Assembly (NCBI GenBank): GCA_013416795.1
Contig: RQSC01000027.1
Coordinates: 1 to 64,000 of the forward strand
DNA: 64,000 bases
Source of the DNA: Prasinococcaceae sp. CCMP 1430
Lineage: Eukaryota; Plantae; Prasinodermophyta
Direction: 5' to 3'
The position numbers and the translations under genes are program-made. The notes beneath the pieces were generated by a model. It was not told the origin of the DNA. It searched no databases and was given only the letters and a program-made list of their open reading frames with translations. Positions within the stretch are counted from its first letter, which is position 1; each line of letters starts with the position of its first letter. Positions 43,820-55,271 of the stretch are shown here, piece by piece.

Positions 43820-44884
43820 TCAGTAGATACCGGGCAGCAGCATCTTCGTGCGCTGCACGTAACTCGCATACTGCAAGTCATCGCCATACTTGTCCGCTTG
43901 TTTCGCATCAAGTTTGGGCGTGACGCGCAGCATGAGGCCCACGATACCAGCAAGACCCAACGCGGCGGGAAGCACGCGCGCGACCACGCCAACAGCGCCT
44001 CCACCCAGCGAGACCATCGCAGGCAGACCTGCGAGGAAGACGCCAACCCACGCCAAAATTTCGCCCGTGTAGTTCGGATGCCTGACCACGGAGTAGACGC
44101 CACTCGAGCAGTAGCCTGCGTCCGCGCTCGCCATCTTGTGGCGCGCCTTCGTTGTGTCGGCAACGGCCTCCAGGACAAGGCCGAACCACTGGACCGCCAC
44201 GCCGACCAGCGCAACTGTGGATGCGTCGGTGACGCTGGCGCCCCTGAGGGCCCACAGCGCCGGGGAGCACATGAGCGCATAGAGAGTGCCACACGCCACA
44301 ATTGGCACGGCCTGGTTGCTTGCCTTCGCCTCCGGCGAGTTGGCAACGCGCTTGTTCCATTCAGGCCACGCGCGCTGGCGCCATGCTGGGTGGGGTTGCA
44401 TGCACGTTTGTCAGCAGCGGTCGCCACGCTGACGCCCTCGCGCCTCCGAGCGCTCGCTCCGCGCTCGCTCGGCTGGGCGCTCGATCGCCGCAGCGCTCGC
44501 GGCGCGGCGCTCCTCACCAAGGTATCCCGCCAGGCGTAGGCCGTACGCGACGAGTCCCGCGGCCGTAAGCACTGCCGTGCCGGAGACGCTCGCGCCCGAG
44601 CCCGCAACCGACAGCAGCAGCACCGCGCCGGCGGTCGCGGCGCTCAGGCCATAGCCAACGCTGAAAGTCCATGCCTTGAGGCCGGCGAGCGCAGGCAGGA
44701 GCGGCACCACGTTGGACGCCCACAGCGCGCCGAAGGCCGCCACGGGGGGCGCCATGGTCGCGAGGGGGAGCATGGGGAGCGCCGCGGCGGACGCCCGCAC
44801 GCGCCGCGCGCCCGGCCCCCGAGGCGCGCCGGCGACGCCCGCACCACCGACCACGTCACATCCACGCATCCGTGACTTCATCAT
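43820..44884 (-). CDS. DUF1295 / steroid 5-alpha-reductase-like membrane protein; exons 44884-44518, ~44385-43820
   Basis: FSVGYGLS, YGLRLAGYL(A)WRQ, LEAVADTTK, YCSSGVYSVVRHPNYTGEILAWVG, KYGDDLQYASYVQRT. Confidence 0.82.
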
Positions 44885-45362
44885 CTCTACTAACGGGAGA
44901 TCTCCATCACCTCAATTTTTGAACGCTCGCCACCGCGCGACCAACAAAAGAACCGTCGTGGCAAGCTGTGGCCGAACAAGGAAAAAACACGCGCCGGGGA
45001 CGACAACACACTCCCTGACATGGGCGCTTTCGTTTTCGCGTGTGGTTGGTTGTTGGGACTGACGACACATCCAACCAACAGGAGGACCTCGCGTCAAACC
45101 TCTCCAAGTAGAAACGCGCAACGGTCCGCGGAACATTCAAAAACATTCGGCAGAATCGGCGAATGCATCGGGACCGAGACATCTGAAATCTATCGGCCCG
45201 CCGGGCAGTGCCCCATCCATGCATAAGACGCACCAGCATCAATCAATCGATGGGTGCATTGCGTGCATGTGTGTGACATGACTGCCTGTTGGTGTTAGTT
45301 TGTTGGTTTTACCTCGGTCGCGGCTCCGCCTCGGCGCGGCGGCGCGCGCCGCGCTCGTGCAG

Positions 45363-46171
45363 GTGCGCGCCGAGGGGGAGGTTGGGCAAAGGCGGGCACC
45401 CGCACGGGCGCCCGCGCAACGCGCGCCGCGGCCCAACGCGTTCGTTGCAGTGCGCGTGCGCTCCGAGCATGCGCACAACACTCTTCGTGACGTCCACGCA
45501 GTCCTACCGCCGGAACTGGCAGCCGCGTGCGTGCCAGCCTCGGGTGCGCACATCACGCTTGCTGTGATGCATGCAGATGGTCAGGAGGGCGTGGAGGCAG
45601 CCCTCAGCGCCGTCAGACGCGTGGCTGGGCGCGTGCGCGCCCAGCGTAACGGACGCGCCGGCGTGCAGGCACGCCTGCGGGGGCTCGGCCACTTTCGGGC
45701 TCGAGTGCTCTTCCTCCGGCTCGAGCGCGGGGATAGCGCAGAGCAGCGGCTCCGGGAGCTACACGAGGCACTTCACGAGGAGCTCACCGGCGTGGATAAA
45801 ATCGGGCTGGCACACACGCGCTTCGCACCGCACGTGGTGCGTGGCATGCGTGTGCGTACGTGTGCGTGTGCGTGTGCTTGTGTGTGCATTCGCGCGCGCG
45901 GGGGACGACATATTGTCTCAGCATAACACTGACCGCCCGCGCTCCCCGCGCGCGTCATATCTCACAGACTATTGCGAAGCACAGCAGGATGAGCGGCAGG
46001 CGAGCGCGCCGGGCGCCGCCGCTCACGCCGCCGGAGAGCCATGCCAACGTGGACGCTGGCGAGGTGTCCTTCGTGGAGCTCGAGCTCTGCTCCATGACCA
46101 TGCGAAAACAGGCCGATGGATATTACCACGTCTTCGGTAGCGGCGAGCTCGGTGGCGTGGACGAGACGTAG
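45363..46171 (+). CDS. AKAP7-like 2H phosphoesterase (2',5'-RNA-ligase-like fold); 5' start unresolved; intron 45837-45967
   Basis: RPNAFVAVRV, first HxT (AHITL), second HxT split by the intron (PHV|TIAK), ELCSM..DGYYHV. Confidence 0.78.
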
Positions 46172-46826
46172 GCAGCGCGCGAGCAGATCCGTGTGGGCGA
46201 GCGGGCCACATTGAGATGGTGAATGTCCACAGTTGTATACAACATGAGCGCACGCGGTCGGCGCGCGCCCCTTGGCGGTGCGCGCGAGGCGGGGATGCGC
46301 GTGAAGACGTCGCGACCGGCTGATCGCCTGCAGATGCCCGCCAGGCGCCTCCTGCGCGTGCGAGTAAGCTTGTGGGCGTATGTACGAGTGCGCTCTTATG
46401 ACTGCCGGCGCGTGCACGGGTGGTGCCTCCTCCGTAACCGCCGGTGATGGCGATGGCATGGCCCAAGCCCGCCTCCGCGCATCCAGCGGGGACTGCCAAC
46501 TGGTTCAACGCCACACCCCGCGCACCTGGACAGTGTGCTCTCCCGTTGGTATGTAAATCCCATTTTTGAGAAAGCGCTTCCACCCGTGAGCGCGCGCGTG
46601 GACGGCGTTCGTTCCGTTCCCCGAACCGGAACGGAACGGAACGGGCGGTCCGGAGTCCAGACTGCAGAGCGGTCGCGGGCCTGCGCGCGCCTCGCATCGG
46701 CCACAGCGCGGCAGGGCACCGCGGTGAGCCGCGGACGAGCCCTCGACCGGCTGGCGCCGGGCCTCACCAAGCCGTCGCCCTCCCCTCCCCTCCCCCCTCT
46801 CGCCGCCTCCCAAACCCCCAGTGGCC

Positions 46827-48374
46827 ATGGGGTGCGGCGCGTCCACCCCCGCGCCGGTGGCAGCCCCGCCCACGCCTACGCCTGCGCCTACGCCGGCTGA
46901 GAGCACACCCGCGGAGCTCGTGCCGCTGTCCGCCTCACCTGTGAGGCCCGACGCGCCCGTGCCGGTCGAGCCTCATGCAAACGAAGAGGCAGAGCTGGCG
47001 CCTGTAGTCACCGAGGTCGCTGTCGAGGCCGAGCCTGAGCTCGAGGCGGTGGATGCGCCCGATACCGAACCGACCATGGTCGCGGTTGAACCGGACGCCA
47101 GCGAGGCCACGGCCAGCGACTCAGTCTCTCCACGTACCGCTGCGGAGATTGCAATCATATCTGAAGACTTGGTGGATGACATGACAAAGGGGGCACTCGC
47201 AGGCCTGGCGACGCCCCAAAAGGAGGCCCCCTCCACCGATGATGCCGCGGAAGTCGAGCACGAGAACGGCAACAGCGTGATCGCCGAGGAAATCGAAGCC
47301 GATGCGAGCGCTTGGGCGGCTCTCAATGCTGCCGGCACTGCGCCGACCGCTGGCAGCTCGTGGACGGTAGGATTCATCGCCGATCAAGATCAGGCCTCGG
47401 CTACGGTGGCTTCCGACGGAGCCGTAGCCTACGAAAGCTCGTTCTCGACTGCCGCGCTCACATACGACGCCGGCGCAAATGCGTACACGCTTGGGGAACT
47501 CGCGCACAATCAGGTGGCCACCTCGCGCGGCGACCAGGCTGGGCGGGGTGGCGAGTTCTCCGCACTCGAGGTATTTGGAGGAAAGCTCCTCACGTTTGAC
47601 GACCGCACTGGCGCCGTTGATGAGATCGTGCGCGGCGAAGATGGCTACTCATTGCAACCATTGCTCGATGAGCGTGGCGAGCCCGTGGTGTGCAGCCTGG
47701 GTGACGGGTCGAAGCCGGGCAAGGGACTCAAGTGCGAATGGGCTACGATGCGTGACGGCGCGCTCATCGTGGGGAGTACTGGCAAAGAGCGCACCGACGA
47801 GGACGGCAACGTGGTGCACGAAGGCGAGATGTGGGTCAAAGCCATCCACCCGCAGACGCTAGCGGTGACCAGTGTGGACGCGCGCCCGCTCTACACAACG
47901 ATGCGCACCCGCGCGCGCTGCCCGCACGGCGCGGGCTACGCCATCCATGAAGCCGTGCGCTGGAACGAGACGCATGGCCGCTGGTTCTTCATGCCGCGCA
48001 AGCTCTCGCGCGAGGCCTACGATGAGGCCACGGAAGGACGCAAGTGCGTGAGCCTCATGATGGCGGCCGACGGCGACGGTGAGGACGCAAAAGTCATCGT
48101 CGCCGAGCCGAGCGCGTTGCCCGCCCTGGCGATGAGGGGGGTGTCGGATTTCTTCTTTTTGCCGGGCGACAAGCACATATTCGTCATTCGCACTGAGGAG
48201 ACAGAGGAGAACGTGCTGCGCTCATACGCGAGTGTGATAGACCTTGAAGGCAATCCGCTCATGCCGGAGACTTTGATTGGCGATGGCAAGAAGTTTGAGG
48301 GTGCCTGCCTCATCGATGAGTGGCTCGACTCGGAGGGGGCGGAGGTCTATGCACCCACCTGCGCGCAGATGTGA
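46827..48374 (+). CDS. Apyrase / calcium-activated nucleotidase (CANT1/SCAN-1 family) with N-terminal MGCGAS acylation motif and Pro/acidic linker
   Basis: GFIADQD, RGGEFSAL..FDDRTG, GKGLKCEWAT, VGSTGKE, YAIHEAVRW, FFMPRK, RGVSDF, KKFEG. ATG 46827 lies in GCCATGG context; TGTAA at 48415. Confidence 0.88.
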   Translation: MGCGASTPAPVAAPPTPTPAPTPAESTPAELVPLSASPVRPDAPVPVEPHANEEAELAPVVTEVAVEAEPELEAVDAPDTEPTMVAVEPDASEATASDSVSPRTAAEIAIISEDLVDDMTKGALAGLATPQKEAPSTDDAAEVEHENGNSVIAEEIEADASAWAALNAAGTAPTAGSSWTVGFIADQDQASATVASDGAVAYESSFSTAALTYDAGANAYTLGELAHNQVATSRGDQAGRGGEFSALEVFGGKLLTFDDRTGAVDEIVRGEDGYSLQPLLDERGEPVVCSLGDGSKPGKGLKCEWATMRDGALIVGSTGKERTDEDGNVVHEGEMWVKAIHPQTLAVTSVDARPLYTTMRTRARCPHGAGYAIHEAVRWNETHGRWFFMPRKLSREAYDEATEGRKCVSLMMAADGDGEDAKVIVAEPSALPALAMRGVSDFFFLPGDKHIFVIRTEETEENVLRSYASVIDLEGNPLMPETLIGDGKKFEGACLIDEWLDSEGAEVYAPTCAQM

Positions 48375-48559
48375 GGGCGCGCGCGTGAGTGAGCAGGGCG
48401 CATGCTACAGCATGTGTAAAAATGGTGTCACTCAGACACGGGGCGTTCAGCTGCATGCACGCCGAGTGTTTCATATGCAGAGCGCACAATAATGGTGAAA
48501 GAATGCCGCGCAGCGCTGCCGCTGCGCAATAGTACTGTACAGGTGTGGGCGGGTGCGCG

Positions 48560-51027
48560 CTACGGCCCGTTGGTCGGCAGCGGCGGGCACGCGCGCTGCA
48601 CCGCTGCCAGCGAGCTCTCCACATCCCCCGCGAGGGCACCGACATGGCCGTCGGGGCGCACCAACGCTGCCATCGCGCGTGTGCTGCGGAGCATGCCAAG
48701 CAGCTGCCCGTCACGATCGATGAGATCGCAAGCACGCACGTGCACGGGTGCGCCCTCCCCCGCGTACCCGCCAATGCCGTCGGCCTCGTCACACATCTCA
48801 GAGAGCGACAGCGAGTGCACCACATCGCCAATGCCGCCGTCTGAAAACGTACAATCATCAGGACGGATGCTCGAGTGCGCCCCCGATGGCGCACCTTGCT
48901 GACTACCGGCGGCGCTGCCTTTCTCACCGTCGGCTGGAGACACGACTACAACCGCTCCAAGAGCAGGTGCACCCGCAGGTAGTGCACGCACAGTCTCCGC
49001 AAGCGTGCGGGCGCCGCCAGCGGACCCGTCTATGATCAGAGTGTATCCGGCTGGTGCCGCCACTGAAACAATCTCGAGGCTCGACACACGACGCGCGCCC
49101 ACGCTGGTGCCGCCGGGGCGCCGCGCGAGCTCGAGCCAGCAATGCGGCAGGCGCGCGCCCTCGGCGAGGCGGGCAACAAACGGCCCACATGCGGGCGTTC
49201 CGCCTGCGTCGTACGAGTAGCCGAGGTCGTGCTCGGGAAAGTGCAGTCGGAGCGTGCTGCCGCGCTCAAAGACGCGCCGCATAGCACCCAGGCGCGCGCC
49301 ACCGATGGCGCTGGCGGCCGCAGGCAGAGGGGACGAGAATGGCAGTGACGACAGCAACGACAGCGATCCAGATCGTTGCACGTCGGTGTGGTCTTGTGCT
49401 GAGTACTGCGGTAGCGGCTCCCCCGCCATTTGTCGCTCCTGCGCGACCGCCTGCGCCGCGAGAGCCTCCTTCGCCGCGGGCTCGAGGGCGGCTGTCTGTG
49501 CGCGCCCGAGTGCGACCGCCGCATCGACCGCCGCTCGTTGAGCCGCGTGCGTTGGAAGAATGCTGGCTGCCCCGCCTACCGCGTCCGCCGCCCAACGCGG
49601 CAGCCCGATCGCCGCTGCGACCTGCAGTGTCTCCTCGTAATTAGCTACCGCGAGCTCCGCCGCGCGCGAGCCGGCTGGCCGCCGCTCTGCCTCGTAGCTA
49701 GCGAGAAGTGCGCGCACGCTATCGCGGCTGTCGCCCGCGCGCTCGCGTGTGAGCGCCGCGCGCAGCTTCCACGCGAGGTTGTGCGCGTCCTGCACGCCTG
49801 CGTTCATGCCGAAGCCACCCGCTGGTGGGAATACATGTGCGGCGTCGCCCGCGAGCAGCACACGCCCGCGCGAGCTCAAGTAGCGGTCGGCGACGCCCGC
49901 GGCCATGGTCCATGGGCGGGACTCGAGCACTTCTAGATCGGAGAGATCGGCGTGCGCGCCGCACGCCGCGCGCACGGCCGCTACCACCTCCTCGCGCGAG
50001 ATTTCTGCCGGGCTCTGCGCGGGCCCGAAGAGCGGCAGCTGGAGCACGTAGTCGCCCGAGCGCATGTCGTGCGCGACCATGACAGCCACGACGTCCGGGT
50101 TGTATACGAAGTACAGCATCGCCTTCCGGTCGCGTAGCGCCACGCTCAGGCGCCTTGAGCGAAAGTGCACGTTGAGCAGCGACGCGAGCGGGCCAGCGCC
50201 CTCGAGGCGCGCTCCCACGGCGGCGCGCAACCCGCTGCTGCTGCCGTCGGCGCCGACCACGTAACGCGCGCGAATGGTGCTCTCTTCACACCGGCCGCCG
50301 CCGAGGCTGTCACTGTCTACGTCTCTATGCAACACGGTGAGCTCGACGCAGTTCTCGTGTTCGCGTGCGCCGAGCACTTCGGTGCCGTACTCAACGGGAG
50401 ATAGGCGCGCGAGCACGGGCACGAGGCGATGCAGCGGCACGTGCACGCTGCGCCAGGCTGACATCTCTGTCTCGTCGCCTGCTGTGTCCATGAGCGGCGT
50501 AGTGTACGCCGCGCCAGGCACCTGGAGCGGCGTGCCAGGCGCGTGCGGAACGCTCGGGAAGTGGTCACTCACCGCCAGCTGCGTGCCGCTCGCGCTCATG
50601 CAGTAGCGGAATGCGCGCCAGTCGTCGAGAGGCGGGCAGAGCGCGCGCACGTCGTGCGCAGCACCGACCTCGGAGAGCACCTCCATCGTGCGTGCGGAGA
50701 CAAAGTGCGCCTGTGGGTGCGCGGGCGGCCCGGCTCGCCTCTCGAGCGCCGCCACTCGCACGCCGCTTCGCCGCAGCAACGCAGCGATCACCAGCCCGGT
50801 GGGCCCGCCGCCGACCACCGCGACGTCGAGCTCGCGCGCCGCCGCCACCGCCGCCGCCGTCGCGCCGAGCGGGAGGCCGGCCCGCCCGTCGCCGCCGGCG
50901 CACGCAGCAGCGAGGTACTCGCGCGAATCGCGCACGAGAAGCGGCCCCTCGACCTCCCCCCCGTCGCCGTCCCAGCGCGACAGGGCGCGCCGAGCGCGCT
51001 CGGCTGCCGCGCTGTTGAGGATCGCAT
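48560..51027 (-). CDS. FAD-dependent monooxygenase (PheA/TfdB, FAD_binding_3 family); main ORF 50935-48560, ATG 51027 out of frame
   Basis: DVAVVGGGPTG, HPQAHFVSARTME, YVVGADGSSS, RVLLAGDAAHVFPPAGGFGMNAGVQDAHNLAWKL, YEAERRP, GARLPHCWL, LVRPDGHV. Confidence 0.88.
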
Positions 51028-51141
51028 CAAATCACACGTGGACGCGCGAGCCAGTACACGCGTGCGTCTGCGCCATCAAATTGCATCTGAACCTCTGAAG
51101 GCTCGCCCCACCCGACGTGGTAGGCGTGGTTGATATACAGT

Positions 51142-51157
51142 AAACCCTATACCCTAA
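51142..51157. promoter_or_regulatory. Tandem telo-boxes in the divergent monooxygenase/HSD17B10 promoter
   Basis: AAACCCTA 51142-51149 and ACCCTAA 51151-51157. Confidence 0.55.
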
Positions 51158-51438
51158 CTAGTTGACTAGTCGATCGAAACCTCAACGTCATCGACCGTCG
51201 ATGGCCAATGCAATTGTTGCGCCAGCTTGGCGGCAGTGCAGGCGCGGGGGCGCGCGCACGCAGGCGGGGGAGCCGCTGCCGACGCGCGCCACACACCGCG
51301 CGGCGGCCGTCGCCCGCGCCCGCGCCCAAGCGCCGCGTAGCTGCGGGCGGCGCGGCTGCGCGGCGAGCGGGGCGCGCGCGCTCCGTGCTATCGCCAACAT
51401 CCGCTTTCCTCGCAACAGGCCGCCCATCGGCGCTCACC

Positions 51439-52449
51439 ATGGGTGCAACAGCGGCTGGAGTGGTCATCAAGGGCAACACCTTCATCGTTACCGGCGGCGC
51501 GAGCGGTCTCGGCTTGGCCGCGGCGACGCGCCTCGCCGCAGAGGGTGGCAAGGTGGCGCTCTGGGATTCGAACGCCGATGCAGGCGACGAGGCAGTCAAG
51601 GAGATCGGCGCCGACCGCGCCGCGTTCTTCGAGGCCGATGTCACTTCCGAGGAGAGCATCAAGAAGGCACTCGTGGCGACAGCCGAGCGCTTCACCTCTA
51701 TCCGCGGGGTGGTCAACTGCGCGGGTGTGGCCGCTGCGGCGCTCACTGTCGGCCGCAAGGACAAGGCGCCACATGACATGGAGATGTACAACAGAGTTAT
51801 CAGCATCAACCTTAGCGGCACCTTCAATGTTTGTAGGCTGGTGCGTGGCGCGCGCATCCGTGGCTCCTTGTGTTGCTGTTTCATCGCCCTCACGTGTGTC
51901 TGACGACGGTCGCGACAACGATACGCACGCACATGCGCGATGACGCCGCGTCCATCAAGGTTGCCGCGCACATGGCCACTCTTGAGCCGCTGTCCGAAGA
52001 GGGCCAGCGTGGCGTCATCATCAACGTGGCGAGCCTCGCAGGATTCGAGGGCCAGCAGGGGCAAGTTGCGTACGCCGCGTCCAAGGGCGGTGTCATCGGC
52101 ATGGCCAAGCCCATGGCTCGCGATCTTGGCATTTTTGGCATTCGCGTGGTCGTCATCGCCCCAGGTGCGCAACTCGAGCCTGGCATCCTCCTGCGCCCGC
52201 CGAGCTGTCCATCTGCTGCGCTGACGGGCGCGAGCGTGCGCGCTCCCTGCAGGCACCATCGAGACTCCGATGGCCCAGTTCATGCGTCCGAAAGTGCGCG
52301 CTTCGCTGCTCCATCAGCAGGCGTGGCCAAACAACGCGCTGGGCCCGCCGGAGGCCTTCGCACACATGGTTTGCTCCGCCGTTGAGAATGGCTTTTGGAA
52401 TGGCAGCACCGTACGCCTCGACGGGGGTGCCATGCTGGCGAAACTGTGA
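51439..52449 (+). CDS. HSD17B10: 3-hydroxyacyl-CoA dehydrogenase type II (SDR); exons 51439-51840, 51960-52164, 52253-52449
   Basis: [40 protein letters not shown]|[17 protein letters not shown]; two in-phase introns. Confidence 0.9.
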
Positions 52450-52573
52450 TCGCGACCCCCCCTCCCCAAAGCAACAGTCAAATACAAAAATTGCAAGAGT
52501 ATGTATACACACAGCAGCAGCCGGCAATGAGCGCGCGGCTCCCGCACTTTTGAACGGCCCTGCGAAAGAAATC

Positions 52574-55271
52574 TCAGAGCTCGGACGCCCCATCCGCGTC
52601 GTCCTCCTCGTCCTCCTCGTCAGCATCGGCCACCTTCTCCAACAGCGAGTCGATGAGCGTTTTGGCCGCCTCGAGGTCCTCACCATCCATCATGTCGGCC
52701 CGGGTTACCGCTTGGGTGATGAGTTTGACCATGTCGGGATCGAACAGGTTGACGTCCATTTCTTCCATCATCGACAGGAATGCGTCGAGCGTGTCGGGCA
52801 GCGATGCCACAACATCCTCGTGCAGTTCGTCGCCGAAGACCTCCGCCATGAGCTCCTTCGCCCCCTGGTACGCGGCCTCCAGCATGGCGCTTGCCTCGCC
52901 CTCGCCTCCGAGGGTCGTCTCGCCCTCCAACGCGTCGTCAGGCACAGACGCCTCAAGTGCGTGCCCCTCATCGGTACCTGGGTCTGTCGCGACCTCGTCG
53001 CTGACATCAGGCAGGGTACGCGGGTAGCAATTCACGTAGTGCACTTCCTGTGTGCTCTTCGGCCGCAAGGCCGCGTGCTTGCACAGGATGGGCGAGCGCA
53101 GAACCGCCTCGTACTCACAGCTCGAGGTCTCGCTGACGCTCTCGAGCGAGGACGCCTTGTCGCTGGACTCGAGCTCGTCGCCACACTTGAAATATACACG
53201 CGTGCGACGCGGGCGGTCCGTGAGGTCACACAACGTGCCCGAGGTGTAGTTAGCGACGAGCGCCTGGTCGATCCGAGACATGCCGGGCTCGTTGGCCGGC
53301 GTCAGAGGTTTCAAAGGGGGCGCAGTTGGAGGTGTGTAACGCCCCAGGTAGTACTCCGCGGTGACCTTGCCCTCCTCGAGGTGAAATTGGCGCAGATGAT
53401 GGCCCACGCAGAGCTGGTACGTCCACCACCCGTCCTCAAGTGTGAAGCACTGGCTCTCCAGTTGGCGCAGCAAACGAGCGCCCGTACCACCAACCTCCGC
53501 CCAAGGCGACTGCTTTGCGTGACCCAGCGGCGAGACAGCCGCATCGCTCTTGCTTCCCGCCGCAGACGAGGCTGTCTTGCCACTCCCCGCGTCTGTATCA
53601 CTGGTGACGCTCGATGTTGTGCCGGTCGTGCTGGCCGCCGAGGTTGCGTCCGTCACACCGCCTTCCCACAGCGCCCGCGCCGCCGCGCGATGGCCAGCGC
53701 AAAGCAGCGGCGTGCTGATGACGATCTTGTAGGTGCAAGTGGACACCTCCTCGATTGTGTCGATGAATGCCTGGCGCGAGTGCGAGAGCTTAGGGTCGCA
53801 GCGATAGTGCACGCTCGCGCTCCGGCCCTGCTTGATCTCATCGCAGTACTGACCGCCAACGTATGTCTCCTCGGAGAAAGTGATCACCGAGTCGTGTACC
53901 GGATTTTTGTTGGCCAGAAATGTCTGTAGATCGCCCTTTTTGTACGTCTTCACCTTGCTGTAGTCAGCCGGGACAAGCGCGGGATCGCTCGATGCCACCG
54001 CGTCAACCAAGTCGGACTTCTCGACCAAACTGCGGACGTTGATGCCGCGCTTCAGGAGCACGCGCTTGAGCTCGCCGACAGAGCTCCTCTGGTGCAGCTG
54101 CCTGCGCGCGAATGCAACCTCGGTCGGGCCGTCTTTTCGCGCATTGGTATCGTCGCCAGACGCATCCTCGCTTGTCGTCTCCCCGCGCCTGGACTGTACC
54201 TCGCCTGCGACACGCGTGGCGAAGGTCCCGAGGGAGTACAGCGGCTCACGCTTCAGGAACGTGCCATCGTCACCGTGCACCTGGTGGAAATGGCGCACCT
54301 CTACGCCAGGGCATACTTCGTATGTCCAATAGCCATCGTTCCGCGAGAAGCATGTCCCGGTGCGCAGCAGCTTGAGCAGCGCGTCGCTCCCATGGTTGTT
54401 CACGCTCGCTAGGTCGTCGTCGTCGTCGCCTTCCTCCTCATCATCCGCCTCCTCGACACCATCCAAGGAGCCCGCACTGTTCGCTTGTAAGCCCGCGTCA
54501 CTGCTGCCCTCATCAACTTTTTCGGTGGGCTCGGCTTTGCTACCACCTGTGCTGCCATCGTCGGTGCCACCGTCGCCCCCCGGCTGAGTGCCAGCGCCAG
54601 CGCCTGGGCCTTGCTGGGAGGCATCAGCATTGGCCTGTTTCGATCCGTCAGAGTCGGTGCTGTCACCCGTGCCCGACGCTGTGGAGCCCATTACTGTGTC
54701 GTCACTGTTGTGAAGGGCTTCTCCCCCATCCTCACCCTCGTCCCCGTCCGCTGCGTCGATTATCTCCGATCCTGCCTCACCTCCGTGACCCGCGTCGGAA
54801 TCCGCGCCGTCATAGTCGGGCAGGAGGCAGTCGTACTTCTCACCGTCGGGCCTTGTCATGACGATGTGCTCACGCGCGGTGGATGCGAGCAGGGCCTGCA
54901 GTCGTGCGAGTGAAGGAGAGAGGGGTCAGCGCGCGGATAGAGCAGTCCAACCGCTCGAAGGCGCGACCAGTGCCCACGTGCGCGCGTGTAGGGGCGCTGC
55001 CCTCACAGACAGAAAAACACAAGTCACTAGTCTAAGGTGCAGTAGCCGCACGACAAAGGCGACGCACCTCGGGGAGCGTGATCCCATGCACGACGACGAC
55101 GGCACCGGCTGCACCTGGTGGCCTTGGCACCGCCGCGAGCTCTGTTCCGATCGCGCCATCGAGAGCGGCGCGCACGCACGAGAACGACGACACTGCAAAC
55201 GACGTCGCCGCCGCCGCGGCCACCGCCCTCGCCGCCCTCGGCAGCGCGAGAGCGCGACCTCGCCGCCCCAT
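52574..55271 (-). CDS. ER lectin, ERLEC1/XTP3-B (OS-9 family) with two MRH domains; exons 55271-55068, 54895-52574
   Basis: Signal peptide; MTRPDGEKYDCLLP; MRH1 CFSRNDGYWTYEVC..EVRHFH / YVGGQYCD..VHYRC..EEVSTCTYKIVISTPLLC; MRH2 CFTLEDGWWTYQLC..LRQFH / YTSGTLCDLTDRPRRTRVYFKC..ETSSCEYEAVLRSPILC. Confidence 0.85.
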
